From the NCBI GenBank assembly GCA_020061105.1, contig JAGUYW010000002.1:110-64109 (forward strand): DNA of 64,000 nt. Reading direction: 5' to 3'. Position 1 is the stretch's first letter; each line of letters opens with the position of its first letter. Below, one piece after another: positions 30,573 to 39,989 of the stretch. Source of the stretch: Anaerolineales bacterium. GTDB taxonomy: Bacteria; Chloroflexota; Anaerolineae; Anaerolineales; UBA4823. Under the pieces are notes generated by a model. That model worked only from the letters and a program-made list of their open reading frames with translations, searched no databases and had not been told where the DNA came from. The position numbers and the translations under genes were made by a program.

Positions 30573-33476
30573 TCAGCTTTCGGCCTTTTGATTTTCTGGG
30601 CCGGCGGCCAGCGGCTGGTTTGGGCTCTCAACATTGTCCAACGCTTCTGCAAGATCGTCCAGCGCCTCCTGCTCGACAGTTTGCGCCAGGGCCTCGCTTT
30701 CTGGTACAGCCAAACCTTCAATCTCGACTGTTTCGGGCTCAAGCCCGCTTTCGTAGCGCTCGCGTTCGATTTCAAGCTCTTCAGAGCTTTCGGCCGATCC
30801 AGGCATTTCGGCGCTCTCAGCCGTTTCAAGCTCGTGTTCGTCGCCTTCGTGTTCCACATCTTCCCAGCCATTCACCATGGCTTTGATTCCCGCCAATGGT
30901 TCATGTCCGGTAGTAGTCAGGTAAACATGCCCGACGATAAAAGAGCCAAACACCCAGGCCACCAGGCTGTGGAAGGGCGCCAGGAAAGGCAGCCCACCCA
31001 ACATCCCAGCGATCGCAGGCCACTGCTGCACACCCCACATCAGCGCCCCCGTGATGATCTGCAAAGGTAGCAACACGTTCAGGATGCCAAAATACGTGGC
31101 CTGCTGCAGTGGATTGAGTTTTTTCTCAGGCGTTTTCTCGAAGGGGTGTTCGCCCCCCTTAAAGATGCCTTGCAGGTAGAATTTGGCCTGCACAATGGCC
31201 TGGTCGAAGAAACCATAGGGGCGCGGGATATACTGGCGAATTTCGCCGCTCACCAGGTGGTAGAACAATGACAGAAAGGCGTTGATTACCAGGATTGCTG
31301 CCAGCACATTGTGCAGCGTGACCATATAGCGGAAACTCAGCCAGCCGAACAGATCCGGACGGTGGATGATTAAGCCGGTAAACAGCAGCAGGGTGATGGT
31401 GAAGGTTTGCAGCCAGTGCCAGAAGCGTTCGTACACGTGATACATATACACCCGCTTCAGTTTCGGTTGGCGGCGCGGTTGGCGGATGGCGTTGTAGAAA
31501 CGCAGCCCGCCATGCCCGGCGACTCCCATCAGCACGCCCACAAAGAACAAGGCGCCCAACCAGTCGATCCAATTGACCCGGTTGTGGCCGAAAACGTACA
31601 GGCCATGGTCACTGGTGATGGGTGAATAAACCAGCGCGCCATCCTGCACTGTCAATCCAGAGGATGGCGAGGCATTTAAGCCTTGCACAAAATCTGGCGT
31701 CACCCCACCCGGCAAGTAATCCGATAGCGCCATCCCCGCCGCCAGGCGTGAGTTATCCGAGTGGCAGGCCTGGCAATCGCTGACCGCCCATTCGCCGCGC
31801 GTCACATTGTGATTGATGCTGTAGGGTTGGATGCTGCCCTGGATGCGCGGGTTCGCCAGCCCCAGCGCCTGCAAACGCCCGGCAATCAAGGCTTGCTTCT
31901 CGGGAGTGTCCAGGCGCAGTTCGATCGACGAAAGCGCTCCGTCGGCGTTGGCGTCGAAGGCCTGCACAATCTCTGCGGGGTACTTCCCGCCTGGCAGCCA
32001 GGCCGCTTGCAAATCTTCCAGGCTCACCGGGCGTGTCCCGGCCGGTATGTCGTGCACCCACACCCAGGCGGCAATCAGGTTATACGGCGCCAACATGGTC
32101 TGCCCGTCGATATTACGGCGCTGCAGGGTGACCGGTTGGAAGCCGCTCACCAGGTCTTGCAGGCTGTCTCCCTGGCCTTCTACGCCGCGCAACTGCCGCA
32201 GCGGCTGCCCGTCGGCTTGAAGAGATGTCCAATCCATTGCCTGGATGGCGAGGGCGTAAAGCTGCGGGATATGACAGGTTTCGCAGGCCACGCTTTGCAT
32301 GTGGCGTTCGACATACGGCAGCCAACTGCCGTGGTGGCTCGAGTCGTGGCAGCTATCACAGCGCCGCATGGTGCCTTTCAAATCGGCCGCCAGGTTGGTT
32401 TGGGCGCTCTGGCCGCGCGCAAAGTTGTGATCGGGCTTTTGTAGATACTCGCCAATCTCCAGGCGGCGTGGATCGAACTGCAAATGCCCCGGACGGCTCT
32501 CAGCGCTGGCCTGGTAATAGACCGGGTTGTTGAGCGAGAAGTGGCAATCGGTGCACTGCAAGCCGCGCTCAGCGTGGATATCCCACGAGCGCGCCAGGCT
32601 GGCTTTATTGGCCAGGTTCATGCCCGATTGATTAATGCGCTGACCGGCGATCACTTCGCCGGTGGTAGCGGTTTGCCAGTTGTCCAGCGAGACGCCCACC
32701 AGGGTCAACGGTTGGGCCGGGTCGCTGTGGGTCACACCATGGCACTGGGCGCAGTTTTCGTTGCGCGGATCCTGGATTTTGACGAACTCCGCCAACAGTT
32801 CGCCGTTCTCGCCAAAGGCCGCCGGGTTGTAAGAATAGGCTGCGCCGCTGGCTTCAACCACCCCTGCTCCCAGCAATGTAGCCGTGCTGGCCCATTCGCC
32901 GCGCCCATCCTGGATGACCTGGATGCGAGCAGCATTGTTTGGGCTGGGCGTGTGGCAAAGGAAGCAGTTCATCTCCACTCCGCTGGCAACCGCCGGGCCG
33001 CCGCCCACCAGGCGAGCCGCGTTGAATTTCACCCACTCGGCCGCATCCAGGTCAACCTGGCTGTCACCGGCGGGCGTGAGATAGCGATAGGTCAGCGGGT
33101 TCCACTTGCCATACAACCCCGGGCTGGTATCCCAGGCCTGCCCGCCAGCGATCTGCCCGGGGGCGCTTTGCTCGCTCAGCCCCAGGTCGGCGTGAAAACT
33201 GCGGCTGGCGATGAATGCGGTATCGTGACACTGACCACAGGTTTGCATGGCAGAGATTGCCGCCCCGCTCTTCAGCACATGCTCCCCGTTCTGATCCAAC
33301 AAGGCAAAGCTTGGGTGCAGCGGAGAGACCTGGGCGGGCTGCCCCGCCAGGCGCTTAGCCGAAACCGCCCCTACGCCCAGGGTGATGACCAATGCTAAGG
33401 CCAACAAACCCAGAGCGCCCCAACGGGTGAAAATTATTTTTGGAAGGATTTTTTTAAAGTTTTTCATCTTGCCCAT
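30573..33476 (-). CDS. Multiheme cytochrome c (7 CxxCH) fused to a cytochrome b/b6 (FdnI-like) membrane domain
   Basis: CGQCH, CFLCH, CAQCH, CTDCH, CDSCH, CETCH, CQACH; ERFWHW, LHNV, KLNPLQQ, FHSL, GHVYL; start could be 33476 or 33467. Confidence 0.9.
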   Translation of the reverse strand: MGKMKNFKKILPKIIFTRWGALGLLALALVITLGVGAVSAKRLAGQPAQVSPLHPSFALLDQNGEHVLKSGAAISAMQTCGQCHDTAFIASRSFHADLGLSEQSAPGQIAGGQAWDTSPGLYGKWNPLTYRYLTPAGDSQVDLDAAEWVKFNAARLVGGGPAVASGVEMNCFLCHTPSPNNAARIQVIQDGRGEWASTATLLGAGVVEASGAAYSYNPAAFGENGELLAEFVKIQDPRNENCAQCHGVTHSDPAQPLTLVGVSLDNWQTATTGEVIAGQRINQSGMNLANKASLARSWDIHAERGLQCTDCHFSLNNPVYYQASAESRPGHLQFDPRRLEIGEYLQKPDHNFARGQSAQTNLAADLKGTMRRCDSCHDSSHHGSWLPYVERHMQSVACETCHIPQLYALAIQAMDWTSLQADGQPLRQLRGVEGQGDSLQDLVSGFQPVTLQRRNIDGQTMLAPYNLIAAWVWVHDIPAGTRPVSLEDLQAAWLPGGKYPAEIVQAFDANADGALSSIELRLDTPEKQALIAGRLQALGLANPRIQGSIQPYSINHNVTRGEWAVSDCQACHSDNSRLAAGMALSDYLPGGVTPDFVQGLNASPSSGLTVQDGALVYSPITSDHGLYVFGHNRVNWIDWLGALFFVGVLMGVAGHGGLRFYNAIRQPRRQPKLKRVYMYHVYERFWHWLQTFTITLLLFTGLIIHRPDLFGWLSFRYMVTLHNVLAAILVINAFLSLFYHLVSGEIRQYIPRPYGFFDQAIVQAKFYLQGIFKGGEHPFEKTPEKKLNPLQQATYFGILNVLLPLQIITGALMWGVQQWPAIAGMLGGLPFLAPFHSLVAWVFGSFIVGHVYLTTTGHEPLAGIKAMVNGWEDVEHEGDEHELETAESAEMPGSAESSEELEIERERYESGLEPETVEIEGLAVPESEALAQTVEQEALDDLAEALDNVESPNQPLAAGPENQKAES

Positions 33477-33517
33477 CGTTCTTTGCAATCTGTGGAATCT
33501 GGCAAGGCCAGTCAAAA

Positions 33518-34978
33518 TCACTTCTGGACGGAAGTGGAGCTCTTGCCAAAACGCCCGCCCCAATTGAGTGGGTCGCCCGGGTAGCCCAAGGCTTGCCAGT
33601 CCAGCCGCCCTTCGGCGCTGTGGCAGGCTTCACACTGCAAGGATTTGTCCTTCGACTGCACCATGTGGGTGGTCGGCCAATACATCCAGGTCTCGGTGAA
33701 GCCATATTGCCCGCTGTACGCCAATCCCATCACCTCCTCGGCTAACCGGAAAGCGCGATCCCAATCGAAATGCGTCCAATATCCATCCACCCCGGCGGTA
33801 ATCGGCGCCAGGATATAGTTATAACCCGTGTCGTAAGGCTGGTTGGCGACATGGATTTTGAAGGGGAAGATCTTGGCGCTGGGGTCTTTGATATCGCCGG
33901 CTGGCAGGTTGATATAAGTCGGCCCATTCTCGGCGATCGGGTCGCCCAGGATGTAGCGATATTCAAGATTACCGTTGAACCAGGTGTAGGTAGGCAAAAA
34001 CTTGCGTTCGTAGATAAATGTGCCCTTAATCTTCAAATACGTGTAATGATCTTCAGCGATATCCTGTCCAGCCGTCGACCAATCCCAATAGGTCTTGGTA
34101 GGGTCTTTCAGCGCCATCGATGGGATGTGGCAAGTTTGGCAAGCCACCGATTGCACGTGGGCGTTGATGCGCTGGTCGCTATGCGGCTGCTCGATATGGC
34201 AATCGGTGCAGGCAACCTGCTCTTGCGGGTCGATCACCATGTTATCCGCCACCATGCGCCCTCGGATGACATGATCTTTGGTGCGGTGGCAGTCGGTGCA
34301 CAGGAAATCAGCCCGCCCCATGTGCACATCCAGGTTCTCGCTGGGGAAATACAAGCTTTCATCCAGGTCGCCGTGTTTGACGCCATTGCCGCCGCCGCCG
34401 TCGAAGTGACAGGCGCCGCAGTTATCACGCGTCGGGTTGCGCACGCTCTTCGCTGCCGCCAGCAAGTCGACGCCTTCTGCCGGTTCGCCATACTGGCCTT
34501 TGTAGTACACGTTCATGTCGGCGTGGCAGGCCAGGCAGTCCACATTGAGTTGGTTAGAAAAGTCGTAGTCGGCGCGTTCTTCCCACCCATAGCCAATATG
34601 GCAGGTCATGCATTGACGCTGGTTGCCCTGGGCGCTAATGCAGAAGTTATTGATCTGGTTCGCCTTACCGATCGTAACTGGCTCGTCGCGCCAGGCCACT
34701 TCGAAAGGCTCGCTTTCCCAGGTCCAGTGGGTGGTTTGCATAATCTGTCCAGCCGCCTCGGGATGGCATTCCAGGCAGGCCTGGGTGACCTGCTGGCCGG
34801 TCTCATATGGGCCGCGCATCAGGTCGGTATGCGGGGTATGCACTTGGCGGGCTGGCATAAAGGCCCGCGGCGTATCTTGGGCTTGCACCTGGCGCGGCCA
34901 AAAGATGATCACCGGAATGGCAATCACCAACAAGGTCAAGCCAAGCCCGATCAACCAGGTTGGAATCTTCTTCTTCAT
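33518..34978 (-). CDS. otr: Octaheme tetrathionate reductase-family cytochrome c
   Basis: 8 CxxCH; HWTW, GKANQINNFC, GVKHGDLD, KIKG, KIFPFK; N-terminal TM anchor. Confidence 0.88.
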   Translation of the reverse strand: MKKKIPTWLIGLGLTLLVIAIPVIIFWPRQVQAQDTPRAFMPARQVHTPHTDLMRGPYETGQQVTQACLECHPEAAGQIMQTTHWTWESEPFEVAWRDEPVTIGKANQINNFCISAQGNQRQCMTCHIGYGWEERADYDFSNQLNVDCLACHADMNVYYKGQYGEPAEGVDLLAAAKSVRNPTRDNCGACHFDGGGGNGVKHGDLDESLYFPSENLDVHMGRADFLCTDCHRTKDHVIRGRMVADNMVIDPQEQVACTDCHIEQPHSDQRINAHVQSVACQTCHIPSMALKDPTKTYWDWSTAGQDIAEDHYTYLKIKGTFIYERKFLPTYTWFNGNLEYRYILGDPIAENGPTYINLPAGDIKDPSAKIFPFKIHVANQPYDTGYNYILAPITAGVDGYWTHFDWDRAFRLAEEVMGLAYSGQYGFTETWMYWPTTHMVQSKDKSLQCEACHSAEGRLDWQALGYPGDPLNWGGRFGKSSTSVQK

Positions 34979-35038
34979 GAAAGCTCCTTGTGTTTTCAAG
35001 CTTTAATTGTCTGGCGGCGATTCCCGTCGCCCGGCAAT

Positions 35039-35368
35039 TTACCCCTCGATCAAGCTGGCGCGGTAGGCAATCCGGTCGCGCAAGACCGCTCCCAGCAGAT
35101 CAAGCGCTTCGATCAGGCGCGGGTCGGTCAGGCGATAATTGACCGCCGGTCCCTGTCGCACAGGCTTTACAATGCCACAATCGCGCAGCACCTTCAGGTG
35201 GCGTGACGCCGCTGGTTGGGTGATGCCCACCTCTTCCGCCAACTCAGAGACATTGATATCGTGTTCATTCAATAAATACAGCATCAAAATCCGCTTTGGG
35301 TCAGCCAAAGCGGCGCACATATCCGCATGCAGACGGTTGATTTCTTCGGTCAACGAATTTTTATCCAT
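35039..35368 (-). CDS. ArsR/SmtB family regulator
   Basis: HADMCAALADPKRI..VSELA..ASRHLKVLR. Confidence 0.92.
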   Translation of the reverse strand: MDKNSLTEEINRLHADMCAALADPKRILMLYLLNEHDINVSELAEEVGITQPAASRHLKVLRDCGIVKPVRQGPAVNYRLTDPRLIEALDLLGAVLRDRIAYRASLIEG

Positions 35369-35491
35369 TTTGTTATCCCTTAAATGTGAGTATGCACAAT
35401 TTGTTATATATTGATATACACAATTAAACTACAATATCCTCCCTTGTATAGTGATAAATGTCACATGACATCTGTCATAATCCCGTTTACC

Positions 35492-35536
35492 TTGACACCC
35501 CATTTAAGTGAATGTATTATTATCGCATGTCGATAA
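35492..35536 (+). promoter_or_regulatory. Sigma70 promoter and PadR-type operator
   Basis: TTGACA-17-TATTAT followed by the palindrome TTATCG-CATGT-CGATAA. Confidence 0.6.
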
Positions 35537-35856
35537 CGAAATCCGATAAAATAACACGGAATTTCTTCTTGGGGTTCATCCGCCTGCATATCCTGTTCCA
35601 TGCCTCCCAGGAGCCGGTGTACGGGTTGGATATGATCCGTGAACTGGCTCGCCACGGTTACAACCTGAGTCCAGGTACGCTCTACCCCGTTTTTCACAGA
35701 CTGGAAAGCGATGGCTTTTTGCAATCCGAGAAACGCGTGGTGGGCGGAAAAGTGCGCAAATATTACACCATCACCGCCGCCGGGAGACAGGCCCTATCCG
35801 AAGCCGAGATCAAAGCACGCGAACTGATTGGCGAATTGGATATCCAATCTGACTGA
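35527..35856 (+). CDS. PadR family regulator
   Basis: IRLHILFHA..YGLDMIRELARHGYNLSPGTLYP..RKYYTIT. Confidence 0.93.
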   Translation: MSITKSDKITRNFFLGFIRLHILFHASQEPVYGLDMIRELARHGYNLSPGTLYPVFHRLESDGFLQSEKRVVGGKVRKYYTITAAGRQALSEAEIKARELIGELDIQSD

Positions 35857-35945
35857 TCAAGAAAGTTACCCTGCGGGTACTACAAATCATCGTGGGTGTG
35901 ATGTTGATTTTCGTCGGGCTGGGAATGATTAGCCGACTTTTCTAA
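35853..35945 (+). pseudogene. C-terminal remnant of a membrane protein, resembling a TauE/SafE (TSUP) exporter
   Basis: LIKKVTLRVLQIIVGVMLIFVGLGMISRLF* with no start of its own. Confidence 0.45.
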
Positions 35946-35952
35946 GTTTTTT

Positions 35953-36342
35953 ATGGAACACAAAAAGGCAAAAATGAGCAAACCTGCAAAGAAAAACGCC
36001 GTCTGCAACACCTGCACGATTCGCCTGGTGCAAATTGCTTACCAGCGCGCCCCTTGGTTTCGTCTGCTGCGAGAGCCGTTGAGAGGCGGCATGCGCGTTC
36101 TGGCTTTTTTCCACCGCATTGACCCAGATGAGTATGAAGTGCGCACGGCTTCTTGCTATGGTTGTATGCGCTTCTACAAGGTAGCCTTGAAAGAAAAATC
36201 CGCCCTGTTCCGGTGGTTAAACGAGCGCGCCAACCCGCTCTTTGACGCCGTCCTGGAAAGCATCATCACGCCCCAAGAGCTTCAATTGGCGAAAGAGCAC
36301 GCTCGAGCCGCAACAGCGGGAAAGTTGGACCCGCCAGTATAA
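35953..36342 (+). CDS. Hypothetical protein with two CxxC motifs
   Basis: CNTC and CYGC; start could be 35953 or 35974. Confidence 0.75.
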   Translation: MEHKKAKMSKPAKKNAVCNTCTIRLVQIAYQRAPWFRLLREPLRGGMRVLAFFHRIDPDEYEVRTASCYGCMRFYKVALKEKSALFRWLNERANPLFDAVLESIITPQELQLAKEHARAATAGKLDPPV

Positions 36343-36380
36343 ACAGCATCGAACAGGTCTTCACGATTATGGAGAGTAAA

Positions 36381-36728
36381 ATGAACTATTTGTTTGTCAT
36401 CAACGATGGCCCGTACGGCAGCGAGCGCCCGTACAACGCCTTGCGCATGGCTTTGAACCTGGTCAAGGGCGAAAATATCAAAGTGCAAGTATTCTTAATG
36501 GGCGACGGTGTGCAGTGCGCCGCGGCGCGCCAGAGCACTCCTGAAGGCTATTACAACATCGAACGTATGTTGAAATCGATCGCCCGGCGCGGCGAAGTAG
36601 CCACCTGAGGGACATGCGCCCAGGTTCGCGGGCTCGAGCCGCAATATTTGATCGAAGGTGTGCAGACCGGGACGATGGATTTATTGGGCGATTGGAGTGT
36701 GGAAGCCGGGCAGATTGTGGTGTTTTAA
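36381..36728 (+). CDS. DsrE/YchN-family protein with in-frame UGA (predicted selenocysteine, UGTC)
   Basis: PYGSERPYNALRMA..FLMGDGV..EVAT[TGA 36606-36608]GTCAQVRGL..TMDLLGDWSVEAGQIVVF*. Confidence 0.85.
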
Positions 36729-36780
36729 GCTTCGTATCCGGGCGGGGATGGGCGCACGTTGTACGCCTATTCCCCTCGCC

Positions 36781-38127
36781 TCACCCCTGACTGCAAAACT
36801 CACTCACCACCTGCCACAACGCCGGCAACCCACTGCGGATGGTGGCGACGGGGATGCGTTCGTCGTGGCCATGCGCCATCTTCATCAGCGGTATTTCCGG
36901 AGGTAAAATCCCCGGCGAGAAGCCGTACATTTTCATGCCTGTGCGGCTGTACATGCTGGCGTCGGTCGCTCCTGGCAGCATCGTTGGCATGATATAGCCA
37001 CCCGGGTCCATACGCTGCGTAGCCTGGGCCATCAGGCGATAAAGCGGTGTATCCATCGGCGCAGACGCTCCGGTCGATGAAGCAATCACTTCCAGCTTGA
37101 TGTGTTCGCCCATCACCGCCTGGATTTCACGCATCGCATCCTGGGCGCTTTGACCAGGCAAGATGCGGCAGTCGAGCTTTGCCATCGCGCTGGAGGGAAT
37201 CACGTTGGTCTGCGCGCCAGCCTGTAAAATTGTTGGGCTGACCGAATTGGTCAGCAAGGCGATAAACAGGCTGCGCTGCTCAGTGGGCAAGCGGCGCAGC
37301 AGCACGCCAGCCAGGGCAGGGTTGCGCAGCAGCCCAATCACTGTCCCGGTCGGAAATGGCTGGCTCTTCGACAGCGTCTCTAACATCGCCAGCACCGGCG
37401 GAGTCAGGTGCACCGGCAGATGGACAGCCCTGCGCAGCCGTTCAAGCGCCTGCGCCAGGCGCAGCACAGCATTTTCATCGTGTGGCATCGAGCCGTGCCC
37501 GGGTCGACCGTGAGCAGTTGCGTTCAGCCAGCAGACGGCCTTCTCGGCGGTTTGGATCGGATACAGGCGCGCCCCGCCCATGTGAAAAGTCAAACCGCCG
37601 CTCTCCGTGATCCCAAACTCGGCGTCGATTAACTCACGATGCTCATCAACCAGGAATTTCGACCCATACGTGAAGCCAACTTCCTCATCGGCAATCGCCG
37701 CCAGGACCAAGTCGCGCTTGAGCGGCAGTTTCTGGCGAAAGGCCAGCAGAAAAACTGCCAGGTAACTCGCCAGCAAGCCCTTCATATCCAACGCCCCCCG
37801 TCCCCACACCTCGCCGTCGATGACTTCGCCGCCGAATGGGTCGTGCGTCCAATGCTCGCGATCCACCGCTACCACATCGACATGCCCGGAGAGCAGCAGC
37901 GGGCGCTGCGAGCCATCGCCCTTCAGCCGCGCCACCAGGCACGGGCGCTCGGGCAATTTTGCCACGATGGTGTAGACATCTTCTGGCACGCCAGCCGCCT
38001 GGAGTATTTCCTGAATCACCCGGATGGCGCGAATTTCGTTCCCCGGCGGGTTGACCGTCTCAGCCTGAATCAGGCGCGAGAGGTTCTTGACAGTCTCGTC
38101 AGTTAGTTCATCCCAATTGATTTCCAT
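36781..38127 (-). CDS. M20/M25/M40 family metallo-hydrolase
   Basis: GHVDVV, GRGALDMK, ADEE, GHGS, TDA, HGHDER. Confidence 0.93.
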   Translation of the reverse strand: MEINWDELTDETVKNLSRLIQAETVNPPGNEIRAIRVIQEILQAAGVPEDVYTIVAKLPERPCLVARLKGDGSQRPLLLSGHVDVVAVDREHWTHDPFGGEVIDGEVWGRGALDMKGLLASYLAVFLLAFRQKLPLKRDLVLAAIADEEVGFTYGSKFLVDEHRELIDAEFGITESGGLTFHMGGARLYPIQTAEKAVCWLNATAHGRPGHGSMPHDENAVLRLAQALERLRRAVHLPVHLTPPVLAMLETLSKSQPFPTGTVIGLLRNPALAGVLLRRLPTEQRSLFIALLTNSVSPTILQAGAQTNVIPSSAMAKLDCRILPGQSAQDAMREIQAVMGEHIKLEVIASSTGASAPMDTPLYRLMAQATQRMDPGGYIMPTMLPGATDASMYSRTGMKMYGFSPGILPPEIPLMKMAHGHDERIPVATIRSGLPALWQVVSEFCSQG

Positions 38128-38269
38128 TTTGTTTTCTCCGCAAAGGCTATGTTTTATCGGCGGCTTGACGAATATCGACCTACCTGCGGCTGGCTCCGCA
38201 GCCACGACAGTCTCTTTGCTCATTATAATCCGTATCTAGCCGTTTGACAGTAGTGGCCTCAACTAACCC

Positions 38270-38297
38270 TTGACAAAATTACAAATAGGTTTATAAT
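38270..38297 (+). promoter_or_regulatory. Consensus sigma70 promoter
   Basis: TTGACA-16-TATAAT. Confidence 0.6.
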
Positions 38298-38351
38298 ACA
38301 AAGTAATTTATGTTTCAAATAATTTTACTAATCGCCAAAATGGAGGGCGCG

Positions 38352-38951
38352 ATGAATAAAATCAAGCAGGTTCATTTCTTTGCCCAAAATTACCCGCAAT
38401 TGCAGGGTTTGCGCATGTTACCCCCAGCTTTATTGCTGCTATTGCTGACCATTTGGGCAAACCAGCAGCATGGGCCAGCAACCGATCTTTCCCTGCCGCT
38501 ACTGTTGAGTGCAGGCTGCCTGCTTGTGTATATCGGCATCGACCAGTACTATAATCGCAGGTATGGCAAGGTCAAGCGCATCATCACGCGCCCCGAATGG
38601 TTAATTACTGCCGCCGGAGCGGTGCTGGCCTTAGCAGCCTTCATCCTCGATACAACGGATACTTTCATGATCAGCCTTCTTGGATTGGTTTTCGCAGGCG
38701 CCTTTGCAGCCACCGGTTTCTGGTACTGGCGCCCAGCAAGGCTTTTATTTGCCTTGAACATCGCCATCGCCATCCTGATTGGTGTGCTGAGCCTTTTGCC
38801 GCTGGTTGGAATTCAGGATTGGTGGCAGATCCTGGGGCTCAAACATTCCTTGCTGGCTTTCACGTTTTTATATGGCGTTTTCGGCTTATTGGCCGGCGTC
38901 ATTGCGCACATGTACTTCATCCGGTCGCTGCCGGCTGCGGAGGCGAAATGA
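38352..38951 (+). CDS. Hypothetical membrane protein (about 6 TM)
   Basis: GGAGG SD, hydrophobic segments, ATGA overlap with next gene. Confidence 0.75.
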   Translation: MNKIKQVHFFAQNYPQLQGLRMLPPALLLLLLTIWANQQHGPATDLSLPLLLSAGCLLVYIGIDQYYNRRYGKVKRIITRPEWLITAAGAVLALAAFILDTTDTFMISLLGLVFAGAFAATGFWYWRPARLLFALNIAIAILIGVLSLLPLVGIQDWWQILGLKHSLLAFTFLYGVFGLLAGVIAHMYFIRSLPAAEAK

Positions 38952-39271
38952 GCGAAGTATTCTCGCAAATTGCCAACCTGGATAAATTGCTGCACGAGCC
39001 CGCCCGCCTGTCTTTAATGACCGCCCTGGCGGCTTGCAAGAGCGCCGATTTTCTGGCCTTGCAGCGCCTGACCGGGCTGACCTCCGGTAACCTTTCCGTT
39101 CACCTGTCGAAACTCGAAGAAGCCGGTCTGGTGGCGGTCGAGAAATCCTTTAAAGAGAAACGCCCCAACACCCAGGTCAGCATCACCGCCGAAGGCCGCC
39201 AGGTGATCGAAAATCACTGGCAGCAATTGGAAAACTTACGGCGCGACTCACAAAATTGGCGCCCGGATTAA
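38948..39271 (+). CDS. Winged-helix (HTH_34/MarR-like) regulator
   Basis: LDKLLHEPARL..LTSGNLSVHLSKLEEAG..EKSF..RPNT. Confidence 0.9.
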   Translation: MSEVFSQIANLDKLLHEPARLSLMTALAACKSADFLALQRLTGLTSGNLSVHLSKLEEAGLVAVEKSFKEKRPNTQVSITAEGRQVIENHWQQLENLRRDSQNWRPD

Positions 39272-39361
39272 AATCCCCGCATGGTTATTGTGACGCCTGA
39301 CAGGTTACGGTAAAATAGTCACATGACCTGATGGTCTTCTGGCTACCAACCGCATGGTTGA

Positions 39362-39958
39362 ATGGAGCGTTCGATGACCGATCTTTTACTTCAAATCATA
39401 TTCTTCAGCATTCCCTCGCTGATCTACCTGGCCGTTCAGCGCCGCCGCGCCCTGCCGTGGGGCGAAATCTTCAAGAACCTGGGCTGGCAGGCCTCCCCAG
39501 GGGTGTACTTTTTGTGGGCATTGGGGGTGGTCGCCGTCAGCGGTTTGTTGGGCTGGCTGGCCTACCAAATCATGCCGCCCGAGATTTTCGAGGATCCGGG
39601 CGTCAATGTCAGCGCCTACCAGGGGTGGAGCGCCGGGCTGAGTTCCTTCTTGCTGGTTTGGCTGCGCGAATCGATTTATATCGCCCTGGGCGAAGAAATA
39701 TTCTTCCGTGGTTTCCTGGGCGGGATATTGAACCGGCGCTGCGGTTTTCTGAAAGGCAACCTGCTGCAAGCCCTGGCCTTCATGCTGCCGCATTTGTTTT
39801 TGCTGCTGGTCAGCCTGCAGGTCTGGCCGATCTTGATCGTGCAATTCATCGCCGGTTGGCTGCTCGGCTGGCTGCGCTACCGCTCCGGCAGCATCTTACC
39901 CGGCTGGATCGCCCACAGTTTGGTGAACGCCCTGGGCGCCCTTGCGGTTATGACGTAA
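39362..39958 (+). CDS. CPBP (Abi/CAAX) intramembrane metalloprotease
   Basis: EEIFFRG, FMLPH, HSLVN. Confidence 0.9.
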   Translation: MERSMTDLLLQIIFFSIPSLIYLAVQRRRALPWGEIFKNLGWQASPGVYFLWALGVVAVSGLLGWLAYQIMPPEIFEDPGVNVSAYQGWSAGLSSFLLVWLRESIYIALGEEIFFRGFLGGILNRRCGFLKGNLLQALAFMLPHLFLLLVSLQVWPILIVQFIAGWLLGWLRYRSGSILPGWIAHSLVNALGALAVMT

Positions 39959-39989
39959 CCCGAACCAACTCCCCTGAAAGGAATACAGG

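Noticed and set aside
33770-35206. 478-aa plus-strand ORF
   Set aside because: Antisense shadow of otr/arsR, as expected in high-GC DNA
36658-36906. Separate 82-aa gene after the short DsrE ORF
   Set aside because: Wrong frame; the true continuation is in-frame past the UGA
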